Of a stretch of DNA of 38,071 nt, positions 30,303 to 38,071 are shown piece after piece (position 1 is the stretch's first letter; each line of letters starts with the position of its first letter). The position numbers were made by a program, and so were the translations under genes. The DNA comes from a virus. The stretch covers positions 1 to 38,071 of the IMG/VR virus record IMGVR_UViG_3300034760_000017; one strand, 5' to 3'. The notes under the pieces were generated by a model. The model worked only from the letters and a program-made list of their open reading frames with translations. It had not been told where the DNA came from and searched no databases.

Positions 30303-32486
30303 TTATCTGTAACCTTGTGAACGCATCATGGCCCCGGCGAGGTCGGTGGGTTCCTCTTCCTGGGAACCGGCGCCGTTCTGCCGGATATTGCCTTGGGCGT
30401 GGGCGATGCGCTGGCGTATCCTGACCCACTTGTCCGCCCGCAGCGCCGGGCTGTCGGTTATCTTCGGGAGCATGTTGCCGTATATCTTGGCGTCGCCTTC
30501 CGATATGACACCAGTCTCACCAAGGGCACGGGCGAGGGTGGTCACACTGCCGGAAGCCATGTCGTTATAGCCCTTGGCATTGTCACTAAGGTTATGACGT
30601 CCCAGGAAGTCAGCGATACCGCCTCCGACCTTGCCTGAGCCTGCAACGGAGTCAAGCTGCTGCTGGAGCTGGTCGATAGCAAAGCTACCGTTACTCATCT
30701 GGTTCATGGCCTTCTGGGTATCGGCGTTCATACCTTCGCCCTCTTCCAGTTCGGGGTCGAATATCTCGGCCAGCTTCTGATAATAGGCGATGTATTCACC
30801 GGCGTTCTTCGGGTCACGTTGTATATCGGCCAGCAGGTTGTCCTTGCTGTATGGCATTGACTCTTGCTGTCCCATGTCTTCCGGCTGTGCATACGGGTTA
30901 AGCGGGTTAGGGCCTTCGCTACCGCTCAGTAAGGCTTGTTCCAGACTGGCAGGTGCATTGCCTTGGCTCATATCCGTTTCCATACCCTGCGGCTCCCCTA
31001 CCATACCAGCGGCCAGCATCGGGTTAGCGCCGCGCATACCGAAGGTTGCCGCGCCGCCTGCCTCAACGCCGCCTGCTAGGCCAAGGCGACCAGCTATGGC
31101 CTTGTTGCCGGGTGTGGCGAGTGGGGTATCTGCCGTACTGCCTGCCTTCCGCAGTGCTTGCCCAGCGACGCGTGAAGCCGGGTTCTTAAGCGTAGCCGCT
31201 CCGAGGGCTGCCAGTGGTCCCGCGATGCCTCCTTGTCCGCCGGACTCCAGCCAGTTGCCGAACCGTCCGCCAGCCGTCATGCTGTTTATCTCGCCTTCGT
31301 CTATCATCTTGCTGACGTTGACGAACGGCGCCATCGTGGAACGCAACGAGCCGATGTCTTTCGACTGCATGACATCGTCATCTACGAACTTCTGCCACTT
31401 CGTATCCTTCGGTTTGAGATTGACCAGATGCTCGCGTAGTTCGGGAGTCAGGACGGTGGCGAGGTTGGCATTGCCCCCGGCTGTGGTATAGAGCTGCTCC
31501 TGTAACTCGTTACGGACGCGCAGCAGTGCCTTGGCCTTATCTTCGCGTACCGGGTCGGCCATCTTGTAGTTGCCGCCCTTGCCCCGCAGATCAGCCGCCC
31601 GCTGCTCGAGTGACTTCATGACGCCCAGTACCTGCTTCGGGTCGGCGTCCGCACCCTTGCCGAGCCGTCCCATTTGAGCCTTGACGATGGCGCTGACGCT
31701 CTTGGCGTCGTTCTCGACCAGCCCGATATCATCAAGTGCGTCCTGTAGTACCTTCGGTATGTTGCCTGTCGGTACCCGTCCGGCTCCGCCCGTAGCCTTG
31801 AGCACGGCTTGGTTTATGATGCCGTCCGAACCAGTGACTGCCATGGACAGGCGTTCGGCGTCCTGCGGCTTGATGATGCCGAAATTGGCAAGCTTGCCGA
31901 TAGTCTCGATGGGATCGGTCTCACGGGCGACATTCTTGCCCAGGGTACCGTACTGGCTGGCAAGCATATTGTTACCGGCGTTCATCATCTTGCCGCTGGC
32001 GCTGGTCTTGAGAGGTGCCTTTGCGCTCTGCTGGCCTGCTTCTACAAGGGCGCTCTCCAGTGTCTTGGTACCGCCCTTGGCGGCCAGTGCGGCCGTGCCT
32101 CCTTTGGCGAGCTTGGCGATGTTGCCGACGCCGGGAGCCAGCAGGCCTGACCACGCGCCTTCCTCGAACGCATCGCCAGGGCGCCATTCATTATCCCGTA
32201 CCTTGTTTTCGACCAGTCGGCCGCCGGTACCTCCGGCGAAGCCGCCTATACCGGCACCTATCAGCCCGCCGATGGCGGTACCGACTACCGGGACGACCGA
32301 GCCGATGGCTGCACCCGCCGCCGCACCGCCTGCGGCACCCGCGAACCCGCCGCCCTCGGAGATAAGGCTGGATATATAGCTCTGGTTACCACTGCCCTTC
32401 TTACCCTTGGCACCCGGTTTCGGCTTGGTAGTAGGGCCTATCTTAAAGGCCGGAGCGTCGAAACCGCCGAAGAAGTTATTATCCAC
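30303..32486 (-). CDS. Large internal virion or ejection-type protein, 727 aa, with a Gly-rich hydrophobic N-terminal region
   Basis: GGGFAGAAGGAAAGAAIGSVVPVVGTAIGGLIGAGIGGFAGG segment. Its position after the tail genes matches T7-like core proteins. Confidence 0.5.
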   Translation of the reverse strand: MDNNFFGGFDAPAFKIGPTTKPKPGAKGKKGSGNQSYISSLISEGGGFAGAAGGAAAGAAIGSVVPVVGTAIGGLIGAGIGGFAGGTGGRLVENKVRDNEWRPGDAFEEGAWSGLLAPGVGNIAKLAKGGTAALAAKGGTKTLESALVEAGQQSAKAPLKTSASGKMMNAGNNMLASQYGTLGKNVARETDPIETIGKLANFGIIKPQDAERLSMAVTGSDGIINQAVLKATGGAGRVPTGNIPKVLQDALDDIGLVENDAKSVSAIVKAQMGRLGKGADADPKQVLGVMKSLEQRAADLRGKGGNYKMADPVREDKAKALLRVRNELQEQLYTTAGGNANLATVLTPELREHLVNLKPKDTKWQKFVDDDVMQSKDIGSLRSTMAPFVNVSKMIDEGEINSMTAGGRFGNWLESGGQGGIAGPLAALGAATLKNPASRVAGQALRKAGSTADTPLATPGNKAIAGRLGLAGGVEAGGAATFGMRGANPMLAAGMVGEPQGMETDMSQGNAPASLEQALLSGSEGPNPLNPYAQPEDMGQQESMPYSKDNLLADIQRDPKNAGEYIAYYQKLAEIFDPELEEGEGMNADTQKAMNQMSNGSFAIDQLQQQLDSVAGSGKVGGGIADFLGRHNLSDNAKGYNDMASGSVTTLARALGETGVISEGDAKIYGNMLPKITDSPALRADKWVRIRQRIAHAQGNIRQNGAGSQEEEPTDLAGAMMRSQGYR

Positions 32487-33269
32487 TTAAGACCCCCAGA
32501 ATATCGGCGCGTAGGCCTGTTTAATACGTGCGTCATACTGTGCGTTGCCCTTGCCGAACATCGTATCCCCCTTCAGCTGGTTATAGAGCTGCTGGGCGTA
32601 CTTGTCGCCGTTCTGCCCCATCGTGTACAGGACGCTGCCGATAGGCTGGCCGGACACCTGGGCGAACTTGGCGGCACTGATCGGCTTGCCTGCCTGGTCG
32701 GTGAAGTTATACCCGCCGTTCTGGCGCTTGTTGGCGCTTACCAGCGGAGCCTCGGGCTTCTGGGGTGTGCTTGGAGGCGTGAAGTTAGGCACGGCGAAGC
32801 TGGCGGCCGATTGCCGTGCCGCCTCACGGAGCCGGTTCTGCTCCTGCTCCCGCTGGTGTGCCATGTTCACATCGAACTGCCTGCGTCCTTCGAACAGCTG
32901 GTCCTCGTTCTGCTTCAGCTGATGGCCGAAGCTGTTGCGCTTCTCGTAAATCTGGTTGATCGCGTCATCGAGGGAGCGTGACTGCTCCTGCCCGCTGGTG
33001 CGGAGGCGGGCCAGAGCGGGCATGTATTCGGTCGCGCTGTACTTTGCCTGTTCGCCGAGGGGTATGCCGCCTGCCGCCACACCCCGTCGCCTGGCTCCGA
33101 GTAGTATGTCCTCGTAGGCCTTTCCCTGCTTGGCCTGTAGTCCGGCCTCCTCGGCCTGTAGCTGTCCGGGCAGGGCGGCACGGCGCTGCTCTATGGAGTT
33201 TATCTGGGGCTGGTACGTGCCGTTAAGCTCCTGAATGATTTGATCAAGTGAACGTGCGCTAGGTTGCAT
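32487..33269 (-). CDS. Hypothetical structural-module protein, 260 aa (Gln/Arg-rich coiled coil)
   Basis: Stop abuts the start of the next gene. Confidence 0.75.
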   Translation of the reverse strand: MQPSARSLDQIIQELNGTYQPQINSIEQRRAALPGQLQAEEAGLQAKQGKAYEDILLGARRRGVAAGGIPLGEQAKYSATEYMPALARLRTSGQEQSRSLDDAINQIYEKRNSFGHQLKQNEDQLFEGRRQFDVNMAHQREQEQNRLREAARQSAASFAVPNFTPPSTPQKPEAPLVSANKRQNGGYNFTDQAGKPISAAKFAQVSGQPIGSVLYTMGQNGDKYAQQLYNQLKGDTMFGKGNAQYDARIKQAYAPIFWGS

Positions 33270-33331
33270 CTATAGTGTCCTGTCGGCGTTAGCCATATTA
33301 ATAGCATGATACCACATAAGCGGGATACTCA

Positions 33332-33874
33332 TCATATCTGCACCGATTCCTGTAGCATGAAGTACTTGAAATACCGTGTGGCGGCAACTACTGCCGTAGA
33401 TGAAGCAGCCGTCAACATAAGTTCTGATTCTGTAACAGTATAAGTAAAATATGACCCGAACTCTAAGGTAGAACCACTGGTATTGATATTATCGAAAGAA
33501 GGTAATGCTGCATATACGACACCAGTAGCATCTGTAAGGTATACCAGGGCAGCGGGTATATAACCCAGATTATGCTCTACGACGGCATAGGCATTACTAC
33601 CGACTGTCGGTAGTAATGCGACAGTCCCTGACAGCACGACCTTCAGGGTATTCTGGTTGCTGTTGAACGACAGTGTATTGTTACCCGCCGTCACGACGTC
33701 CACACCAGCCGGGGAAGTCCTCAGCCCGTCCTTGTCGAGTATCACGCGGCGGATACCCGTCTCGTCCTTGAATATCTTCGTTACCTCCTGGTTCTTGAGT
33801 TCCAGTATGTTGGCGTTGACGTCATTGACCACCGTACTTAGGTCGGAGCCGCCGCCGAGTAGCCTGAAGGCCAT
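33332..33874 (-). CDS. Hypothetical tail-associated protein, 180 aa
   Basis: Start abuts the stop of the 663-aa tail protein. Confidence 0.7.
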   Translation of the reverse strand: MAFRLLGGGSDLSTVVNDVNANILELKNQEVTKIFKDETGIRRVILDKDGLRTSPAGVDVVTAGNNTLSFNSNQNTLKVVLSGTVALLPTVGSNAYAVVEHNLGYIPAALVYLTDATGVVYAALPSFDNINTSGSTLEFGSYFTYTVTESELMLTAASSTAVVAATRYFKYFMLQESVQI

Positions 33875-35866
33875 CTAGCGCAGCCTCCTGGACTGAATTA
33901 CCAGCGTATGGCCCAGGAATTTCTGCGGCTGGCGGGCGGCGTAGTGCTTGTAGCCGATGGCGATGCGGCGGTATTCGCCGGGCACGTAGGACTGTGCCTG
34001 CACCTCGGCCGATGCGCCCCAGGTGAAGCTGCCCCAGACCATGCTGCCGTCGCCCCAGATACTGCCGGTGCCCTGGATGCCGGGGAAGATATGGCCCGTC
34101 CAGTTACCGCGCAGGTCATAGGCGTACTGGCACTCGATGACGTAGTTGCCGCTCTGCGCCGCGAACCGGGGCTGCCAGTTGCGTATCTCCTTGAGTACGG
34201 CAGGGGAGGTGAAGGTGAAGTAATGCGTCCGCAGCAGGAAGTTGATGTCGCCGCCGAGGTTGCAGTAGTCGTTGCTGTCCTTCTCCTGCCAGTAGGCCTG
34301 CCCGATGATCGAACTGCCGACCAGCAGGTCATCATCGTCCTGGAAGCCGGAGACGGCGTGGGAGACGTAGGCACCGGTGTCATGGCTCTCCACGGTGTCG
34401 GACTCGCTCTTGTAGTTGAGGTTCCAGACGTAGCAGGAGTCGTTGTAAGCCGACCCGGCCGAACGGTACCACAGGTACAGCCGTCCCTTGCTGACGGCCA
34501 GCACGGCGTCGTCCTTGTTGGTCAGGCTGCGGATCGTCTCATAGATGCTCTCGCTGATGAGTTCCGGCTGGGTGCCGTTGCTGCGGTAGACGCCGTCATT
34601 GCTCAGGAAGTAGTTGTAGTTCTTGTCCATGACCGAGGTCTTCGGCGTATAGGTGCCCTTCTGGTCCGGCGCTTCATCAAGGCGGAACGTAGCGCTGTCC
34701 TCGCCGGACAGTATGAAACACCTGTTAAGCGTCCGCAGCAGCAGGTAGCCGTTCAGGCTGGACATACTGGCTACGGGGTCGCCGGTCTTCGGTACCGGCA
34801 CCAGGACATTGTCGGTGCTGGTGAACACCTCGTACTCCAGGTAGTTGCTGTAATCGACGCTGGCGCCGTCATCAGCCCGCTTCAGGAACATCAGCCCCTT
34901 ATGGGTCGTGAGGTCGGTGTAGTTCGTTGCGTTTACCTGTGACTCGGTTACGAAGTCCCACTTGCGGTAGCCGTCATGCCCGTTGACGTAGTAGACGACG
35001 TCGTTGGCGATCTGGAACCGGTACAGGGTGGCATTGGCCGATAACCCTGTCTTGATGGTTGTCAGTGCCCCGGTGACCTCATGCACGCTGTACAGGGTCG
35101 TCCCGGCCGCCATCAGGGTCACTTTGGTGCCGTCCGACTTGTACGCCCGGTACAGACCCTTCACGGGCGCGTCAGTGGCATAGTACTGCTTGAAGTTGAG
35201 GGCGTATCCGGCCGCTGTCCAGGTACTGCCGGAGTCGGTGGATACCAGTGCGTCGCTGCCGCTGCTGGTACTGCTCCATTTATAGCTGCCGCTGCCCGTG
35301 TTCTGGACGTAGGCGACTATCCAGTAATCGGTGGTGACCGCCAGTGCCGGGGCGGAGGCGTAGCGCGTCTCCAGATAGGCGTAGGCAGCGGTCAGCGAAC
35401 TGTTGGCCAGCGAGGTGCGGGCAAGCATCGCGCCCGGCTTGCCGGATACGTTGCTCCACAGCTCCACCAGTACGGTGCCCGATGCCCCGGCGTCGTTCTT
35501 GAGGCGCAGGTCGAGGCGCGGCAGGCGTCCGGCCGCTGTGGTCGTGATCTTCTGGGCCAGCCTGGTAGTGGTGCTGAACGACCTGTCCGCCGTACCGGTG
35601 ACGCTCTCCTGGTTGTCGTCCTTCGTCTCACCGACCGCTACCGAGTGGAAGTCGAAGCCCTTGCGGGTATCGTACTCGCCGAGCGTCACGATGCGGGCGT
35701 CCTGCGCCAGCCGCCACTTGTTGGTGCCGCCGCTGCGTACCGGGAACTTGTCATTTGATACGAAGTTGTCGAAGCCGTGGCTGTAGTCGTTCATCTCCAG
35801 GGTCTGGCTGGGGCTGGACACGCGGGGGATCGGCTTGGGGCGTACCGAGTACTTGGCCCGTCCCAT
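33875..35866 (-). CDS. Large tail protein, 663 aa (nozzle / tail tubular B-like by position)
   Basis: Follows the adaptor-like gene with no gap. Beta-rich Tyr/Ser/Thr/Gly composition. Assigned by size and order only. Confidence 0.5.
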   Translation of the reverse strand: MGRAKYSVRPKPIPRVSSPSQTLEMNDYSHGFDNFVSNDKFPVRSGGTNKWRLAQDARIVTLGEYDTRKGFDFHSVAVGETKDDNQESVTGTADRSFSTTTRLAQKITTTAAGRLPRLDLRLKNDAGASGTVLVELWSNVSGKPGAMLARTSLANSSLTAAYAYLETRYASAPALAVTTDYWIVAYVQNTGSGSYKWSSTSSGSDALVSTDSGSTWTAAGYALNFKQYYATDAPVKGLYRAYKSDGTKVTLMAAGTTLYSVHEVTGALTTIKTGLSANATLYRFQIANDVVYYVNGHDGYRKWDFVTESQVNATNYTDLTTHKGLMFLKRADDGASVDYSNYLEYEVFTSTDNVLVPVPKTGDPVASMSSLNGYLLLRTLNRCFILSGEDSATFRLDEAPDQKGTYTPKTSVMDKNYNYFLSNDGVYRSNGTQPELISESIYETIRSLTNKDDAVLAVSKGRLYLWYRSAGSAYNDSCYVWNLNYKSESDTVESHDTGAYVSHAVSGFQDDDDLLVGSSIIGQAYWQEKDSNDYCNLGGDINFLLRTHYFTFTSPAVLKEIRNWQPRFAAQSGNYVIECQYAYDLRGNWTGHIFPGIQGTGSIWGDGSMVWGSFTWGASAEVQAQSYVPGEYRRIAIGYKHYAARQPQKFLGHTLVIQSRRLR

Positions 35867-36562
35867 CTATCCTGTCCGCCTGTGTATGGTGTCGAGGCCT
35901 GCGCTGTAGCGGCCGCGCCTGTTTATCCCCATGGTGTGCGGCGTGCCGGTCTGGGTCTGGCTGTAGCGTGACACCAGCTTCTGGAGCAGCTCGTCGTACT
36001 TGTTCTCCAGTATGCCCGCCTGGTCGTAGTTGTCCTTGACCTGCATGATGCGGTAGGACGCGCCGACGACGATCAGCTCCTCGAACTCGCTCGGCAGACT
36101 GGGTATGTCGGCATTGGCCGACAGCAGGGCAGGGCGCTTGTAGTAGCGCAGGGTGAAGGTGTAGGCGGCGTTAGGGGTCGGGAAGACGCGTATGGTGTCG
36201 GCGTACTTGTACCAGTACTCGGGCTGTCCGGCCGGGTGGGCGGTCGTGTCATCGCTGTCCGGGTAGATACCGGCAATCTGGTCGGCGTCGCGGTACGGCA
36301 GGCGGCGCTCCTGCCCCTGCGTGGTGATGATAAGGTCGATTGCCTGGACGTAGTCAATTGGCAAGGTAGCCACGCCGTAGATGTCGCTGTCCAGCGCCGT
36401 CATGGTGCCGTTGCTGGTCGTCTCCATGAACGGCAGGCGGTACTCGTTGTAGACGTCGTTTACGGTATCGTTTACGTACTGTATGGTCTCAGAGGAGGAA
36501 TAGCTGGTGTCGCGTATACGCAGACGCACCCTGCTGGCAATATCACCAAGTATGTAGCTCAT
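35867..36562 (-). CDS. Head-tail adaptor / tail tubular A-like protein, 231 aa
   Basis: Pattern YW..ADTIRVFPTP...YTFTLRYYKRP..L......PSLPSEFEELIVVGASY resembles connector or adaptor families. Position supports this. Confidence 0.5.
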   Translation of the reverse strand: MSYILGDIASRVRLRIRDTSYSSSETIQYVNDTVNDVYNEYRLPFMETTSNGTMTALDSDIYGVATLPIDYVQAIDLIITTQGQERRLPYRDADQIAGIYPDSDDTTAHPAGQPEYWYKYADTIRVFPTPNAAYTFTLRYYKRPALLSANADIPSLPSEFEELIVVGASYRIMQVKDNYDQAGILENKYDELLQKLVSRYSQTQTGTPHTMGINRRGRYSAGLDTIHRRTG

Positions 36563-36748
36563 TCATGCTTCCGTGTAGGTTGTTGATAGCCCGGTTATGC
36601 ACATCATAGCATACTGCTTGTGTGGTGGGTACCGATGGGTAGCCGCCCCTACCGTGACCGTCAGCTTGGGATACCGTATGTCATTCAGCTGCATGTACAG
36701 CGCGGCCGAGGCGATGAGCACGCCAAATATGATGAGCAGCGTCTTCAC
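36563..36748 (-). CDS. Small membrane protein, 61 aa
   Basis: GTG start in a GTGA overlap with the upstream micro-ORF. N-terminal TM helix. Confidence 0.6.
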   Translation of the reverse strand: MKTLLIIFGVLIASAALYMQLNDIRYPKLTVTVGAATHRYPPHKQYAMMCITGLSTTYTEA

Positions 36749-36870
36749 GACCGCCTGTTCATCATTCCCGCCAGCGTCCAGAGGGTGCAGAGGGCGATGA
36801 TTGCCAGCAGGAATATGCCTGCCATGACGGCAAACGTCCAGCCTACTAGGTAGAGCAGGGTTTGGGTCAC
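36745..36870 (-). CDS. Hydrophobic micro-protein, 41 aa
   Basis: GTGA overlaps at both ends. TQTLLYLVGWTFAVMAGIFLLAIIALCTLWTLAG. Confidence 0.45.
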   Translation of the reverse strand: MTQTLLYLVGWTFAVMAGIFLLAIIALCTLWTLAGMMNRRS

Positions 36871-37037
36871 GCCTTAGATTTCTCCTTGCTCGGGGTGGCT
36901 ACCAGTTCCTGTAATACCGCCACGGCCTGCTGTACGGCGACGTGGTCGGCACGGGAGAGCTGGACGCTGGCGCAGACGTTGTCGAGGAGCTGTACGGCTT
37001 GTGATGGTGAGGGTTGTGGGGGTTGTTGGTTCTGCAT
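36867..37037 (-). CDS. Hypothetical protein, 56 aa (MQNQQPPQPSPSQAVQLLDNVCASV...)
   Basis: AGGAG 8 nt upstream of ATG 37035-37037. Below the track cutoff. Confidence 0.55.
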   Translation of the reverse strand: MQNQQPPQPSPSQAVQLLDNVCASVQLSRADHVAVQQAVAVLQELVATPSKEKSKA

Positions 37038-37051
37038 ATGTGAGTCTCCTG

Positions 37052-37300
37052 TTATGTTATCTGGTTTCCGTCTGGTGCGGTTACGGCTGTGACAGCCTGT
37101 GAGGCCTTCCAGTCCTGTATGTCATTGAGTACCAGCGCCTTGATGCGCTTCTTGACCGATTGTACCTGTGTCTCCGGATTGGCGCTGGTCGTGCCGTCGG
37201 GGTTGGTGATGGTGGCCTGGTAGCCGGATTTGAAGCGTGCGGCCGCCACTGCATCAGGCGCTATTACGTCCGATACGGTTAATGTGATGCTTACTGGCAT
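37052..37300 (-). CDS. Hypothetical protein, 82 aa
   Basis: Track ORF, co-oriented. Confidence 0.7.
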   Translation of the reverse strand: MPVSITLTVSDVIAPDAVAAARFKSGYQATITNPDGTTSANPETQVQSVKKRIKALVLNDIQDWKASQAVTAVTAPDGNQIT

Positions 37301-37315
37301 TGTGTTATGTCTCCA

Positions 37316-37879
37316 TTAGTTAAAATACTTTAGTTCAGCGGCATGGCGCACATTAGCCGCTTCTTCAAGAGTCGAATAGCAACCTAATGACAACTTCTTG
37401 CCGTCTACAGTAATACGAGCATGGTAGTTATCATAACCGGAACGATAAGATACGCCTTTAATGCCGGTGGTACTAGTCACCCGCAGGCGCTGGTTTCGTT
37501 GCTGTTCGGTGCGGGTTGACCACTTGCAGTTATCAGGTGAATAGCCCTTGTCGTTGTCCCTACGGTCGAGTGTGTAAGCAGGGGAGGGCTTGTCTCCCAT
37601 GTCTTTAATAAAACGCAGGAAGCCGTCGATACTGTCCCATCGTTCGCATACGGTGATGCCCCTGCCGCCATAATCCTCGTACTGTTTAGCTCCCGGGTAA
37701 TTGCAGCGCTGTAGCATATTTCGATACGTCAGATATAGTTGATGGTCAGTTTTACCACCCCTAGACACCTGAGTAGGTTCCAATGAGCCATGGCGCTTCT
37801 GGCGTAGGTAGTGGGTATTGCAGTAACCTTTGGCTAGATGCGGCAGTTCGCAGTCCGTGACGGTACAGGATATAATCAT
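37316..37879 (-). CDS. HNH-like nuclease fused to a C-terminal AP2 domain, 187 aa
   Basis: LDRRDNDKGYSPDNCKWSTRTEQQRN and GIKGVSYRSGYDNYHARITVDGKKLSLGCYSTLEEAANVRHAAELKYF. ATG 37877-37879 lies 6 nt after GGAGGGG. Confidence 0.8.
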   Translation of the reverse strand: MIISCTVTDCELPHLAKGYCNTHYLRQKRHGSLEPTQVSRGGKTDHQLYLTYRNMLQRCNYPGAKQYEDYGGRGITVCERWDSIDGFLRFIKDMGDKPSPAYTLDRRDNDKGYSPDNCKWSTRTEQQRNQRLRVTSTTGIKGVSYRSGYDNYHARITVDGKKLSLGCYSTLEEAANVRHAAELKYFN

Positions 37880-37883
37880 GATG

Positions 37884-37905
37884 CGCCCCTCCAACGGGGC
37901 GTTTT
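37884..37905. promoter_or_regulatory. Hairpin that includes the SD of the HNH/AP2 gene; reads as a terminator on the plus strand
   Basis: cgcccc (37884-37889) pairs with ggggcg (37896-37901), then tttt on the plus strand. On the mRNA strand the 3' arm is the GGAGGGGCG SD region. Confidence 0.5.
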
Positions 37906-37944
37906 AGTTATACTCTTATTATACCGCTTTACCTCTGTTAATAC

Positions 37945-38071
37945 CATGATTATGCGGTCACAGCCTTAATGACAGCGAAACTGATGACAATCGCTTCGGC
38001 CAAGGCTCCGGTGGTGATATTGCGGACGTCTATTGTCGCGCTTCCGGCGGCCGAGCGGGCATTGAGGTTAT
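37945..38071. repeat. Terminal direct repeat copy 2 (duplicate of 1-127, includes a partial copy of the fiber gene 3' end)
   Basis: Exact identity with 1-127. Confidence 0.95.

Overview
The window is a complete phage genome. Its first 127 nt are repeated exactly at its end, so the unique length is 37,944 bp, either circular or terminally redundant. The structural genes look podovirus-like: no tape measure, sheath or tube gene is visible. Coding density is very high, coding regions are GC-rich, and the control regions are AT-rich.

There are two transcription arms. They diverge at about 12.7-13.3 kb and converge at 27,463-27,466, where the two last genes share a CTAG stop.

- **Leftward arm** (minus strand, 12.65 kb down to 1, then wrapping from 37.9 kb down to 27.46 kb). 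It carries a chain of ATGA/GTGA-coupled small early ORFs, TerS, TerL, portal, scaffold, major capsid protein, two small HTH paralogues, a 741-aa tail fiber, an HNH/AP2 nuclease, and adaptor-like and nozzle-like tail proteins. It ends with a Gly-rich 727-aa internal protein, a small fiber-like protein, a CHAP lysin and a multi-TM holin candidate.
- **Rightward arm** (13.28-27.47 kb). It carries about 50 mostly tiny ORFs, many below the 60-aa track cutoff but supported by SD sites or start/stop overlaps. Recognisable products are an RHH protein, a RusA resolvase and three HNH nucleases. Two minus-strand insertions interrupt it (14199-14648 and 22723-23090).

I could not recognise an integrase, DNA or RNA polymerase, primase, helicase, tRNA, CRISPR array or reverse transcriptase.

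The most interesting signals are non-coding or recoding-type:
- A KGG-repeat ORF with no canonical start codon, which an upstream mini-ORF runs into.
- Two loci with the same layout: promoter, 11-nt box, terminator, then the same box again.
- Two promoter-plus-terminator units without ORFs, which are sRNA candidates. One lies antisense in front of the packaging module and has a palindromic operator.
- A family of sigma70-like promoters with a conserved TACATC start region.
- Leaderless-type gene starts.
- A moron-like reverse cassette.

All functional calls rest on motif recognition, gene order and size. No database search was possible.
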